Shown here piece by piece: positions 1 through 14,290 of a stretch of DNA of 64,000 nt. The position numbers and the translations under genes were made by a program. Origin of the DNA: a virus; the IMG/VR virus record IMGVR_UViG_3300021961_000026, positions 81,016 through 145,015 of that record, one strand, 5' to 3'. The notes under the pieces are model-generated. The model was not told where the DNA came from and ran no database searches. It saw only the letters and a list, made by a program, of their open reading frames with translations. The number at the start of each line of letters is the position of its first letter. The first letter of the stretch is position 1.

Positions 1-263
1 ATAATATCAAAGGTTCCTGGGAGGGACTAGATAAATCCTCCAGCGCCTACATAAGCATGAATGGATCTGGATATGACAATAAAGCTTTGCAAACAGCAAG
101 GAACAACAAACCTCAAGCTAGTCATGGTTCAGTAAATTTTTCTCAAGAATCGTTTACAAAACGTAATTCTTTAGATATAATTAATAATATGTCTAGAAGC
201 TCATCTTCTAAGTCTTCTTCGGAGAAGGTCACAATGATCAATAAAAGAAACAACCTACTTTAA
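1..263 (+). CDS. 3' end of a hypothetical protein (frame open from window edge)
   Basis: Frame 3 is open from position 3 to TAA at 261-263; the next gene starts at ATG 275. Confidence 0.6.
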   Translation, partial: NIKGSWEGLDKSSSAYISMNGSGYDNKALQTARNNKPQASHGSVNFSQESFTKRNSLDIINNMSRSSSSKSSSEKVTMINKRNNLL

Positions 264-274
264 AGGTAAATGTA

Positions 275-3200
275 ATGGCTTCTACTACAATATCTGGTCC
301 AATAACAAGTGTAATAAATTCACTTAATTCTAAAAATGAATTCAATAAACTTATCACTGGACTTAAAGCTCTTAAAAAGAAATCTGATAACGATCTTTCT
401 AATTTGTTAGTTAATGAACGGAGCTTTTGCTAGCCAGTTTGATGTTAGCACTTTTGACAATTTAAAGTTAGTCACCATTCTTTATTGGGACAGTTCTGGT
501 ATCGACCTATACGCTAACACCGCAGTAGATTCTTGTATTAAAGTTTTTTATAAAAAGGCAACAGTTCAAGAGGGACTGGAAGAGTATGTCAAATACTACA
601 ATACCTTTATAAAGGATCCAACTTCTGCGGCAGTTCTTCCGACTCCAAATACTAATTCAAATAGAAATAGGGTAAGAGGAGATTTCTGGGTTAGATATAT
701 ATATCCTGCTACATCTTTTGAGTATAAATTTGAAAGAGCTGTTGCAGAAGAAGTAATAAATTTAATGATAGCCAGAGTTACTGGATGGTCTAAATATACT
801 TATGGCGCATATACCAATATACTCGACTATGTAAAGGCTATAGAGTCCGCTTCATCGAGCGAGAAAAAAGAAGAAGAACTAGAAGATGCAATTAATGCAG
901 CAGGGTCTCAAGAGTTTCAAAGAATTCTGCAAAAAGTATTTAATAATGATAATGTTCTTATAATTAATTTTGAAACAACAATTATAGGCAAAGCCTTTGA
1001 GTTATCCTCTTTAACATCTCAAGATAACGCAGATCTTCGTTCGGCTGAAAGAATCTCTAACATGTGGAGGGTTTTTGCTCCAGGGGATTCTGGTGATTCA
1101 CCAGCAGGTAACTTAACTCCAGATCAACTTGATAAACTATTCTCCAGAATAGAATCATCTGGCCTTTTAGCGCTCGCTACCTATGCGGTAGATATACAGT
1201 CCTATGCTAAACAAAGATTTAATCTTTTGGCAAAAGATAATGTATCTCAAAAAGAATTAATAGACAAGAGGAAGGGCGTTGATGTTCAGTGGCATCAACA
1301 ACTTCTTGAAGTTACACAGAGAATATCTAGAGATCCAATTCTCCTAGGAATGATTAATGTATATTTTCCTAGTTTAGTTAAATTCTACTTTGAGGCTTTG
1401 GCTGTAGTTGGAGATTATTCTAATAATGGAGTTGGCGGTGGAACTGAAGATGAGATAAATGACCCACAAGCATTTATTGAATCCTTAGAAGCTGTTTTTG
1501 GAACCGCTGATGGAAAGAAGATTTTTACGCATGCTTCTAATTTCCAAAACACTTCTAAAAAAATTGAAAATGTATTAAAGAATTCTCCATACAGACCTAA
1601 TAATCAACCATCTGCTCCAGATATGTTCCATTTAAGATTAGGCGCTGCAAACTTTTTTGTGCCACCATTATCAATAGATATTAATACAGCCTTTAAGACG
1701 GGAAGCTTAACAGGTGGAGCTTTAAGACAAAAGAACACTCCAAAATTTAATTCTGGTTATAAAGAAACTTCTATAAGAATGAGATTATTTTTTCCTAACT
1801 ACGAAGAAATTTGGGGAATAACTATAGATGAAGCCTCGCAAATATATATAACAGATAATTATGAAATAGATTTTAAAACTGGAAAAACAAGTGATGAAAA
1901 AATAGATAAGTTTCTTTCATCGCTAAGGGGACTTGTAGCTGCTTTTAAATATTCTCCATTCCTTCCCGTTAGAAACCACTATCTCAATAGTGTTCATGGG
2001 ATAAGTGCTGTAGCACTTAGTAATATTTCTATTTCTACTGTTCCAAACTTTCCTTTTGCCTTGGCAGTTGATCTTGAGTTATTGAATTTTAACCATAAGC
2101 CATTCCTACCTATGCTTAGAGACTTTAACCAAGCTATTCACTGGGGTAAGTATAGACAATATATGGGCAAAGCTGCTGGAGCAATGCATAATTACGTCAA
2201 TGGTCAATTCTTAATGAAAACTACTGACAAAAAAGTAGAAGATGAATCGATTAATAATCCAAAAACAAATCAATCTTTAGGAATACCTTCATCATATGAT
2301 GAATATAACGGGTCTGAAGAGTCTACCTATTCTAACGAAGTATTTAAAACAAATGTGTTGAGCGAATGGGAAGATGGAAAGCATTTATCATTCTTTATTC
2401 CAGCAGAAACTCAGACAAAGATCTTCATGCCAGACTCCACTACATTTAGAACTGATCAAGAAAAGCTAATGAAAGATTGGAGCGGAAATGCCTTCTGGGA
2501 AGGATTGCTTAAATCGCTTGGTATAGCTGACGTAAATCAATCAGCAAGCTATGGAGTAACTCTTAATGGCGTTTATTCTTTAATGACAGATGGAATAATC
2601 CCAACACGAGCAAGAGTAGCCGTAAGAGATGCAATAGATATTTTAACCGCTGGCATGAATTCTTCTTCTACAAAGAAATTAATTCATTCTTATTTAGCTA
2701 GGAATTTTGTTCAAGAAAATAATAATCTTTCCGAAAATGAAAAAAAATATATTCTAGATTTAGAAGATAATTCTCTAAATGGTTCTATTGTTCAATTAAC
2801 TTATTATTTCTTTGGTAAAGAATTTTCTGATACAACGATTGCTAAGATGAAATCTTACATAGTTAAGATCGGTGAAAAAGACAAAGGTAAAAATTATTTA
2901 GATAACCTAGTAGATAGTGAAACAAAAAAAAGACTGGGTCGTTCAAGTAAAAAGTTAGATACAAACAGTAAAGAATATAAAAGAGTAAGAAATCAAGTAT
3001 TTGAAGAAATCAAAAACGCTTTTAATATAGAGCTTTACGAAAGATTCTATAAGAGCGCTGCCGCACAAAAGTTAATGGAAAGCTCTTGGGCTAGAAGTGG
3101 TTCATTCCTATTCAGGGAATGGGAAGTTCCTATGAACCAGGTTGATTTAAATCCTAATTCGGTTGTAATTAATGGTGTAACCGTAACAACTGGCAATAAT

Positions 3201-6200
3201 TTAGCAAAGTTGCACCTTCAGATGCAGGATGAGCCAACCTATCAACATATAGGTGGAAAAGATACTTACATTAATATATCAATGACCGTAACTGGTGAAA
3301 AAGAATTGATGAAATTTAAGAAGGTATTTGACCATATAACCAGCCTTGCAAGACTCGAGCATTCTACTGGAGTTATAGGCTTTATGGGAATTAAGAATGT
3401 TATAACTGCTCTATGTGGAATCAAATATGTCATACCACTTAATTATTCGGTAAATACAACTCCAAACTACCCTCATGTTTATCAGGTTAATTTAAGCCTA
3501 ATTGATTTTGATATCTTTCAGCAGGGCAGAGAAAAAATTAGCTCACAACAACAAGCTGAGTTAATTGAGCACTTCCAAACAAAGAAAAATCCGTTCTTAA
3601 GAATAAAGCAAATGTGGGGAACATTTAATTCTTACCCAGATTTTCCACTTCAAATTAAAGATGAAAACAATGAAGTGGTTGGTCACCTAGATCCTGATTT
3701 TTATTTCAGGTCTTTTGATATTTTTGATAGAGATGTTATTTACAACACATCAGAACCAAAGGGTGAAATCCCCTATTTTATGGATGACGAGGAATTTGAC
3801 AAGCTAATTGAAAGAATTCAAGGAGACATACCACAAGATCTAAGGCCAGAAAATAACGCACACGCCTCGATTATAGATCTAATAACTAGATGGATGAGAG
3901 AGTATTCTCTACTGAGCGATCTTGCAACTAAGAAAAAGAAAATTAAATCTATTATAGATGAGTTGGAATCAAAGGGAATTTATAAGTCAACTTTCCTTCA
4001 AATACTAACAGCTCTGTCAAAAAAGAAAAACCTTATTGATGAATCTTATACCAAGAGATCATTTAGTGATCAAGATAGAGTAAAGTTAATCACTGATTAC
4101 ATTGAGTACACAGAAACAACTAGAAAACCAGATACAGAAGCCGATTTTTCTAACACCGTTCGCAGTGCTCCGCTTCAAGTTGGCAACGTAAGCTCTTCTA
4201 ATGAGCAGATGTTTGAACTAATTTCCAACGCTTTGTCTGGCGAATATAATCTGGATGGAGAAAATGAAATAAGCTTTGATCCGGATGAATTGAGTCTGCA
4301 TGCTCTCATATCCATGATGCCCATCAGAGATCCGCAAGAACCATCAAAGATACCAGCAATTATGAATACAGCTTATGGTGTTAACTTTGGATATATAGAT
4401 ACAGAAAAAAATGGAAGATTTTATCTTACTGTCGATGGATCCAATGTTCAGGCTAATAGCAGCAAGAAAAATAAAGACAAAGCAAAACCTAAGCCAGTAA
4501 CAGACCCTTCAAGACCTGAGCTTGGAGCAACAAAACCAACTACTTTCTCAACAGCAAAGGCTTTTTCTGAATATCAAAATAGCGTTTCAGCTGGAGTAAA
4601 TTCTGGTCCAGAATCGGTTAATTCAGGAGCCAAAGTTCCTTCAGTGACTGGTCACTGGGAAAAGATGTTAGTTGATACTCAGTATAGAGACATATCTGGA
4701 AGAATGATTAGAGCTTTCCCCACGTATATGCTTTGGCTCATCGATGAGGGTGGCTATTTTGCTGGCTATAAAATGTTTGACAACTTCTATGGACTTCAAT
4801 CAATTATAGATTTCTCAGTAATATCATCAGAAGATCTACTTGGTGACACTTTAGTGTTCCGTGTCTCAAATCTTTACTCTAAGCTTACAAGAAAAGAATC
4901 AGATAAAATATTTGGTCCAGATGATCCAGCCTATACACCAGATAATCCATCATTAACCGATAGTTTGTCTGCAATAGTTGATAGCACTCTTAATAAAGCT
5001 AAATATATTCTTTCACACATGAAGAGTGAATATGTTGTAGATATTGAAAACATAAGATTAAAGCCAGGTGTTAGAGTTCACCTAAGGGGTGGTTATGGAT
5101 CCAACCCAAATTCTCTTCAGACACTGTTTAATGGAACAATAACCGAGGTTGATGCTGGAGAAATAATAACTGTAACAGCTCAATCTGACGCAATTGAACT
5201 TGGTGCAATAGTTAACTCCACAAACAAAAAGGGCGATACAGGAAAGATTGACGGTGGAGTTAACACTGGTCTTTGGTTGTCTGAGCCAAGAGACCTTATG
5301 GTCAGATTGCTTTCTATGGGAACTTCTCGTTTTAGAGAAGGCATAGCTTATGCTACAGATGGTTTAATCTTCTCAGAAAATAAATTTGGCATAAGGCATT
5401 TTGGTTCAATATTATATGAAACACTAAACGACGCAGAATCAATAAGGCAGCAGTCGAGAATTGAATCAATAGCTAACGCACACGCACTTGTTGGAAGTGG
5501 ACAGTATTCAAAGATAGCTGGAAAGATGGTCGATGTAGCGGTAGATACTACGCAACAAATAGCAGCAGCTCCGACTGATCTACTTGGAATAACTGGAACT
5601 AATGGATTTAGATCTCCAGTATTTAGTTTAATGAATGAGATGTGGGCAAATTTTGCTGGGCAAAGAGATTTGGAAATATTTAAAAGAAATATATATCCAG
5701 GAAATGGTACAGGTATAGCTCAATTCTTAGGTGGAGATATAGGAGATGGCTGGACAAGCGTTTCAAGCGTCACTCCAGAGAATATGCCCAATGAAAGAAT
5801 GGAATATCTTGGCAGGTTAACTGATTCAGCTTGGAATAGCCTATTGAGTGCAAATCAAGAGGGTAATACAGAAGCTAAAAAAGTCGTTGAAGAAGTTACA
5901 ATGCGTTCAGAGCTTAACGCATCTGGTAGCGCTCAAGTGGCTAGTAAGTTGGCAACAATAGGAATCGGAGCTGCACTAACCGCAGTTGGTGGTCCAGTAA
6001 CAGGTACTATCGGTCTTGGCCTTGGTCTCACTGGCGTTCTTATGGGCAGGGGGGGGACTAATATATGGAGAACTCTTGGTTTTGTTTCTCCGAATGACGA
6101 TGACGACATGCCAGGATTTGATGAGGTTTCATTTAGGGCCCAAACCTACATGAGAACAGTTTGGGACCTATTTCAAGTCTGTGCAAAACTTCTTCCCAAC

Positions 6201-9200
6201 TACATAGTTGCAGTAAGGCCTTTTGAAGACAGATCAACAGTATTCTATGGTAAACCACATTGGCTTTATACTTCTGGAGTTGTTCCTGTTACAACAGGTT
6301 ACCCAGGAGATACAAAAGCCGCAGAACTTGGCATATCTGTTCCTCAGTCAAGAAAGCCAGATGAAGAGCTTCTTCAAATTATTAACGAGATAAATAAAAA
6401 TAGTAGCGTATATTCAGACGCTGAATCATTTATAAAAAACAGTAAAGCTAGCGATGCACTAGAACAGCTTATTAAAATGCAATCAAGCCCAACTTCAATA
6501 TATGCACCAGCTCATGCATTGAGAGGAAAGATAATAAATCTATTCAGTAAATATGGGCAATATGTAGTTGACCCGACATCATCTGGCCAACCACCTTCCG
6601 GTGTTGCAACTACAGGAAAAATATTAGCAAAACTACCTTTAAATAAGGGTGCTGTAGCTATGGGTCTCCATTTGCCAGTTGGTGCAGAATCTCAAATAGT
6701 AAATCTTGAAACAGCTGAACAAGTTCATCAACAAATAGACCAACTTCCAATAAGATTTAGATTTCCATTTTTTGCCAATAGAGTAAATGATGAGTATTAT
6801 TTGGAAAATTATTCTTATAGAACTTTTAGCTTAAGTAGTAGAGGTCTAAACAATAAAGAAGAAGATCAATATGCCAATGTTTATGAATCAATTGATAAAG
6901 AGTATTCATTCTTATTAAATTTAGAAAAAGATTTTATAAAATCTAAGATAGAGTCAAAATCAATATCAAAAAATTTTGCTAGAGAGATAACACAAAACTC
7001 TTTTAGTTTTAAAAACTCTATAAATATTAGCTCTGATCAAAATCAAAATAGTTCAATACTTTCTGGAGAAATCGTAATAAAAATGCCATATCCAGAAAAC
7101 TCTTCGAATAAAGATATTCTTTATGAAGATCTTCCTAGTCAATTTATTGATAGGTCCATAAAACTTCCAGAGTATCAGCATACCGCAATCGATTATGCTT
7201 CTGAATGGGGTTTTCCAAAAACAAATATAGAAGAACAATTTTATATAGCCATGAGATGGCCATATAACCCTTCTTCTATAAAGGGAAATAATGAGGCTTT
7301 ATTATCTTTTAGAAAACAATATTTTTCAGATTCAGAAGAATTGTATGGAACTGCAGAAGATTATAACGGCGAAAATGGCCCCCATGTTCTTGTATATAAT
7401 CCAACAGGAAATAATGGAAAACCAATAGCAGTGGTTTGCAAACCATCATACTTTTTGTGGGGTAAAACAGATAATCCTTATAGTATGGAAGACCATCCAA
7501 CTGTTGCACCAAGTGTTAATGATCCAGAAAATATAGATGCAGTAGTTTCTCCTGACGCAGCCTATTACCTAGGTTTGTTAACTGTTTCTTCCGGTGAAAG
7601 AAGTCCTGGTTTAGATAATGCATTCCTTTTAGAGGGCGTACATGAGTCTGGATATAGGTATGCTCCAAGAGTTTCAGAATGCTATTTTACATTTGTACCT
7701 AATGATATTCCATTAGGTGTTGCGATAACAGATGATATTACCATTTCAAGTTTTGTCGATCCTCAAAATCAAGGTAATCAAATAATAGGATTTGGAGCCT
7801 TCCAATCAATTGAGGGATCTAAAGATAAAAATATTGCACAAGTAAACAAGCAATTAAACTCATTTGATCCAGACTTAGACAGTCCACTTGATTATAGTAA
7901 TTTAATATTTAGCGAGTATAAGACAAGCTCTAAATTGGCTCAACAAGATTTTATGTTTGGCGGAAATTATAAAGGATACATGCAAGCTGTCTTGTCAAAA
8001 GATAGAAGTAAGCTAACAAAAAAAGATGGCTACGATATTCTAAATAGAGAGCTAGATACAACTGGAAGCAAGTCTGGCACAGGTAGGGTATCTTTTGCAG
8101 ATGTTTTTAACATTAATGATGCAATAGGATTGCAGTCTAGAAAACTATATGATGAAGACTATGATCTATCTGTTTCAGTTATAGCTGGAAATGGAAGAAC
8201 TCTTACTCAAGCAAGAGATATATGGGATCAATTTAGGTTTGGATATCATGATTATGAAAGTGTTAAATCAATCTTTTTTGAGACTTACGGGATAAATCCA
8301 GAAGATGATACAGAGTTTACTCCAGAGTTAAGACAGTTAATCTTTTCTGGAAAAGATGACAGTCCAACAAATATATTTAAAAAGTTTAGTGAAACAAGTG
8401 GAAGTGGTTTAGATGAATTCGCCATACTTCTTGGAACAGATGCGCAACAAAATAAAAAAGGAATTGACTACGTAACAAAAAATCTAATTGATGCACCAAC
8501 TCAAGATGGTGGACTTGTAAATTATTTTAATGAATTAATTAAAGATAAATTAAAAAACTTTTATGATAATTTCTTAGTAGAAAATCAAGATTATTTATTT
8601 GAAATTATCAATTCTTCTAGCCCAAGAAATACAACCACAAACATAGTAGAAAAAGAATTATCTGGACAAAAAACATTAAATAAAGAAATATCTGAATACA
8701 TTAAAACACCTAAGCAGCTGTTCTTACTGATGGTTGGTATTTTTAGGCAAGCAATGTGGCAAGACCCATATGCAAGGGCATGGCTTGTTCTCAAACCAAA
8801 TAGAAAGATGACAGGAGCCGCTGAAGATGGTCAATGGGACTTTAGGCCAGTAGATAAGATTTTTGCTGCCTTCATTAATCCAAATCAAACATACGCCAAA
8901 GACAAAGGTAAGTTTATTCAACTCCTCTACAAAAATAGAGGAGAAGGAAGCAGCGCCACAAACATTGTTTCTAAAGTTGTAACTGGAGTAGATAATTTTC
9001 TAGATTCAACTATAGGTCCACTCATAACGGCTGCAGGAGATGCATTGAGTGCTCTTGTAAATATGTTTAAGCTCAATATGCTGCAAACTGGATATGGTTT
9101 ATCTCAGATTAGTCATTTTGCAAGACAAGCAAATATAATGAATAAAGTATTAAATGACTCAATATATTATTCACTAGGTAGGCCAGGCTCTCTCCTAAGG

Positions 9201-11697
9201 GCTATTGACAATCCATTCACAAGAGAATATGGGGAGCCAGTAGTTGAAATTAGAGAACCATTCCAAAGAATACATTATATAAGTTCTTTTTCTCATATAC
9301 TTTCAAATCAAATACAAGAAAATCTATCTGGAGTTTCGACAGTAGTAACTGCAGTTTCTGATGGAAAGTATCCAGTAAGCGTAGCTCTCGATAAGGGTGC
9401 TCCAGCTGAACGTCAAGTAGAAATGACAGTTGAAACAGGAATATATTTTGATAATATAACTGGATCAGGATTCTTTGGTTTTCTTAACCCTCTGCTTCAT
9501 CCTTTTGAAACTGGAAGAGGAATATCTAAAAATGTTACTGGTGCACCGGATGAACTTAGTGCAAAAAGAATAGCATTATCCTATCTTAAAGAGTCAATTA
9601 AGGATATATATGGCGGAGAAATAATTGTAGTAGGAAATGCAGACATAAGGCCTCATGACTTAGTATATCTTGCAGACGTTTATGAGAGAATGTATGGAAT
9701 ATTTGAAGTTGAACAAGTTATACATCACTTTACTCCAGAGCTGGGCTACATAACATCCATTACTCCAAATGCTCTGGTTACAATAAACGATCCAGCAAAA
9801 TGGTACATGTCATCTTGGATACATTCTTGGTTGTCAGTTCAAAATATAAGGAATGATACAAGAGTTTATTTAGATGCCCTTAATGCAACCAATACTGGAG
9901 TAAGTTTGAGTGGATCAATATCAGTTGATGCCCTAGCAGAAAGTCTCTCTACTCAAATGACTGGGGCTATGCAGTATACTCACGGATCTTCTGCTCTAAT
10001 TAAAGATATAGTTGCCTCTGCAACTGCAGACTCAATGCCTTCAATAACAGATCAAGTAAGAGATCAAGCTCAAAAAAATGGTAACAATGGATCTGTTGCT
10101 ACCGCTGCAGTAGTAGCTGGTGTTGTTTCAAGTGCAATTCCAGTTATGGGGCAAATTGTATGGAAAGGCTGGCAATGGGTTAGAGATAATCTAATGGATC
10201 AGCATGGCTGCTATGTTCAGTATCTAAACAAAAATGGTCAAGCAATGGATGCTGGCCTTTCCTATAATCAAGGAATGGTAGTAGGAAGATACCACTCTAA
10301 GGCTCTTCTTCCTGGAATACTTGGTTCCAGAGTAAACACTAGGGGCTCCGATGGCTACGCTTATCTTAGAACAGATGATTTATTCAAGAGTCTTGGATGG
10401 AAAGAAACTGAGATAAAAGGATTAGTTAAATATATAAGTTATGAAAATGCTCTAATTCATGCTCAGGTTTTAGGCATGTCGGGCCTAGGTCCAGAAAAAG
10501 CTGGACTAGAACCAATGTTTAAGGTTATCTGTGAACTAGACCCAGCGCAGGGTCAGTCTAATTCTGGAGTTATAGACGCTGACACGATACAGGTAAAAGA
10601 TATATTTACTGGAAGCTCATTTAGAGTTCGTCTTGATGGAATAAACGCTTTTGAAAAATCAGAAATCAGCAATATGTATCCTGTTTATTCTGGTAAGATT
10701 AAATCTTATGCTGTTGACTCTGATAAATACATATTTATAACAGATGATTCAGCAAGTCCGAAGTCAAACAACCTTAGGGCTGGAGAATTAGTTCAAGTTG
10801 AAAATATTGTAGGTAATATAGTTTATGAATTAAATAGAGTGTATAAAGTGGCTTATGTAGAAAACGGTTTATTTATAGGTATACCAAATGATATTGAATT
10901 AACCACCCCAATTACTTCTGTTAACAAATCCTTGTATACATTCATTGCTGCTCCAGAAAAAGCTAGTTATACTAATGATCCAAATAAATTAACTATAATT
11001 CCATTAGGTTCTCCAGGAGGAAAAGCAACTGTATTTACAGCTAACGCTTTAAGAAATAAAATATTTATAGTTAGAATAGCTAAGTCAAGGCAACGGAGAT
11101 AATCTTCAAACAGATGAAGACTTTGATGCAGGCTCTCAGGGTAATAGGGAAAAAAATTATCTCAAAGAACAATATGGAAGAACTCTTGGAACAATCTTCT
11201 ATCAGAATCAGGAAACAAACTTGATTAAATATAGAGATTTTGTATACTCATTGTTCTTAAAAAATAAATCAGTTAATAATGGAAATATAGTTTTTAATTA
11301 CGATTCAATTAAGTCTCAATTAGCTAATTCTCTTAATACTCCAATATTTAGCGGTAACTCTTCAAGATTCAAATCATTGTTTAAGAAGATAGAAGATAAG
11401 GAAGTTTATGATCATGCGGCTGTGCATAACTCTCCAGATATCACTTCAAATTCTGTAGCTAGAAAATTATTTAACACATTAGTTGAAGTAAGAATTGTAG
11501 CTGAGCTTTACGAAAACGCTGCAAAATGGCCATTTATCATGTGGGATGAATACTATGATGATGGTACTCCAGCGACCCTTAACTGGGAATTGGTCACAAA
11601 TAACTTGGCCAACGTGTATACTAAAGATGTTCTTACTCAAGCTTCATCCACAATAAGTGCCAATGAAGCTGCAGTAACTCCTAGAAGGACAGGTTAA
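275..11697 (+). CDS. Giant virion/baseplate hub-like protein (~3806 aa) with C-terminal SNase-like domain; needs +1 shifts at CGG 419-421 and 11094-11096
   Basis: ATG 275 frame reaches GAA CGG and joins ORF 414..11102 as E-G-AFASQF. CAA CGG at 11094 joins an open frame running into ORF 11221..11697. Hub-like motifs GVRVHLRGGYG..LFNGTITEV and GNADIRPHDLVYL..FEVEQVIHHF. SNase motifs VIDADT, VRLDGINAFE, QYGRTLG, LNWELVTNNLA. Confidence 0.75.
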
Positions 11698-11698
11698 T

Positions 11699-13880
11699 AT
11701 GTCAACCCATAATTTCACGCCAAGCAACCTATCTGATTCAGCTGCCATAGCAAAATCTTTCTCCGATAGCCTAGTCCCTCCTAACGGAAAAGCGCTAGCT
11801 GCTACAACAACAGCCAGGAGAGGTTATTCTGATCAAACTTTAGTATCAACAGACCTAATATCTTCCGCGTCGGGCAAAGAACTTCTTGCTAGCAATATTT
11901 ATTCTGATATGTTTAATGCAAACATGGCTAGAGAAAGTCTAACATCTTTATCTAGAAGTATTCTTAATTCTTCTTCTATAGTTATAGAAGAATCTGGAGA
12001 GGATGGAGTTCAAACTTATACACGGAGCAAACGCAGCGCTTAAGCTCGCAACCAGTGGCGCATTAGGAAAACGATATAACGAAAGTTTATTTAATGCAAT
12101 AAATAGAAGAATGGAAACAAATAACCCAACGACTGGAATGAATGGCTCATCAGATGATGAATATGCTACCTCTCCAGACGCTCCAACTTCAGTAGGTTAT
12201 GCTGCTGCCATCGTAGCTTTGCTTACGGAAGAAGAGCAAAAATGGTACAGAGATAGAGGAAACCTTCTTTTATCAAAGCATATTGTTGAAGAAGCCGGAA
12301 GAATATTTGATATTGAAGATAGAGCAAGTGCAATACCATTTGGTTTTAATGTAGATATACCGGATGATTTGGAATACTTATCATTTATGGTTTCAAGTGA
12401 CTTCCCTCTATATAAAGGAGGTGACAATAAAATACCCGAATCATTTATTAAAGCTGGCTCACAACTTTGCTTTGCTTCCGCTGCATTGATTGAATTGTTG
12501 CTATTTATACACGATAAAAATTACAATATGTCTGGCGGGTTTGGAACCTGGAGGGCAATGAATTTTGAAAGTGCTGGCAAAAACCTTACTGGAGTATCAA
12601 GCGGAACACCACAAAAGAGAACCTATATTACCGATCATGCTTTTGGAAGAGGATTTGATATAGATTTATTTATAAATCAAGGAGATAAATTTACTAACAT
12701 TGGTTCATCTCAAAGAGAATATATAAGACAACTTGATCTATTTTTATCGGTATTAAACACAGCTCCAGAACACCTATTGCCAGATTATATAAAAATAGGC
12801 AATTGGTGCCCAGATGAATATACTAAAGATCCTGGTGGGGTAACTCCAGTTGTGGGAAAAATGGTGGAAAAATATTCAAAATTAAAGTATGTAAAAATAG
12901 CAAAAGATGCTCCAGATGATGCAACACATAGGAGTCATATACATATAAGTTTTTCTCCAGCAAGAGCTGGCAAATATACTGGACCAAATGGTCAGATGAC
13001 TATGTCAAGCTTAGGTAATTTTACAAATACAAGTCCTCAATTTTTAAATATGGACTTTTATAAAACCACTTCTTTATCAAAAATAAATTCAGCAAGATTA
13101 TTAAAAAGTTACTATAATGACCAATCTTCAATGACTGACTTGGAAGTATTTTATCTTTTATCTCAGTATGGAAATTTTTCTGAAGAAATATCTGCCATTT
13201 TTACAGCATTAGCTTATAGGGAGGCTAACTATAGGCCGTATATAGCAAACGCTCACGGCTTTATGGGTTTGTGGCAGGTTGGAACAAGAATTAAAAACAG
13301 TTCTGGTCAAGCACAGGGGGGATCTATTTTAGCTGATCTATCTCTGCCCCAGTCACAAAAAGACATCGCAATGTGGAAGTTGGCCTATGCTAACTGGGAA
13401 ACTGAGGAATTTACTGAGGCGACAATCGATGCTAAACTAAAAGAAGTTCAGGCACAATCAAATAATTATGGATTAGAATATTATGATCAAAGAGTTTGGA
13501 TACCCATTAATCAAGTATATCTTTTAAGATCAAAGATTGCACAAAAAGATGTGAAGAAAAAAATTGAAACTTGGGGACTGAAAACTTCTAGTAGTTTGGG
13601 TGGACCTTGGGGCGACACATATTTACCAAATGGTTTTATAGCCGGTTTATCATTTAAGGTGGCTGCAGACGTTTATCAAAAAGCTACAGGTAAATCAACT
13701 GATGATCTAAAGAAATGGGTCCTTGCAAATATTCCACAGGATTCGCCAACTAGAAAAAAAGATTCTCAATATGGGATTCCAAAAATAGAAGTATGGGTAG
13801 ATCTATCAAAGTATACCTCTCAGGTAATGGCTACACCAAAGAAAGCATTATATAAGCAATTAGAAGAAGGACTATATTAA
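11699..13880 (+). CDS. Tail-associated lysin, peptidase M15-like plus lytic transglycosylase-like (~726 aa); +1 shift at CGG 12023-12025
   Basis: ACA CGG AGC joins ORF 11699..12043 to ORF 12003..13880 (T-G-ANAALK). Zn-peptidase motifs DHAFGRGFD and HRSHIHISF; SLT-like AYREANY..GFMGLWQV. Confidence 0.7.
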
Positions 13881-13919
13881 TTTAAATAGTCTTTCCGGCA
13901 GTTAATGAGGAGATTTTTC

Positions 13920-14288
13920 ATGCCAGTTAATTATCCTAAGTTTGATAACAAAATTCAAAACCAGATCGACGCTGCAAGATTGAAGCAGTCAAAATCAAGG
14001 CCAGGGTTAGTTATGAAATTTGATAGAAAATTAAATTCAGCTACCGTTATATTGGATGACGCTTTGTCAGGCCAAATAGGCAATATTATAGAAAATGTTC
14101 CATGTCCATCAATAATGGGTGTTCAGTCTGTTTGCCCCGAACCAGGAACACGCTGCTTAATAGGATTTAGGGATGATAATGAAAATCATGCCTACATAAT
14201 AAATTATTTTGATGACCCAATCAGAGTATCTCCGCAAATGCCCAATTATGTAGTTAATACTGGCATACCAAAATTTATGGCTAGGTAA
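13920..14288 (+). CDS. Putative baseplate spike/assembly protein (gpV/gp45 N-terminal OB-like)
   Basis: GAGGAG SD before ATG 13920; PEPGTRCLIGF resembles the P.xG..V.v.F motif; lies between lysin and gp25-like genes. Confidence 0.5.
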   Translation: MPVNYPKFDNKIQNQIDAARLKQSKSRPGLVMKFDRKLNSATVILDDALSGQIGNIIENVPCPSIMGVQSVCPEPGTRCLIGFRDDNENHAYIINYFDDPIRVSPQMPNYVVNTGIPKFMAR

Positions 14289-14290
14289 TT

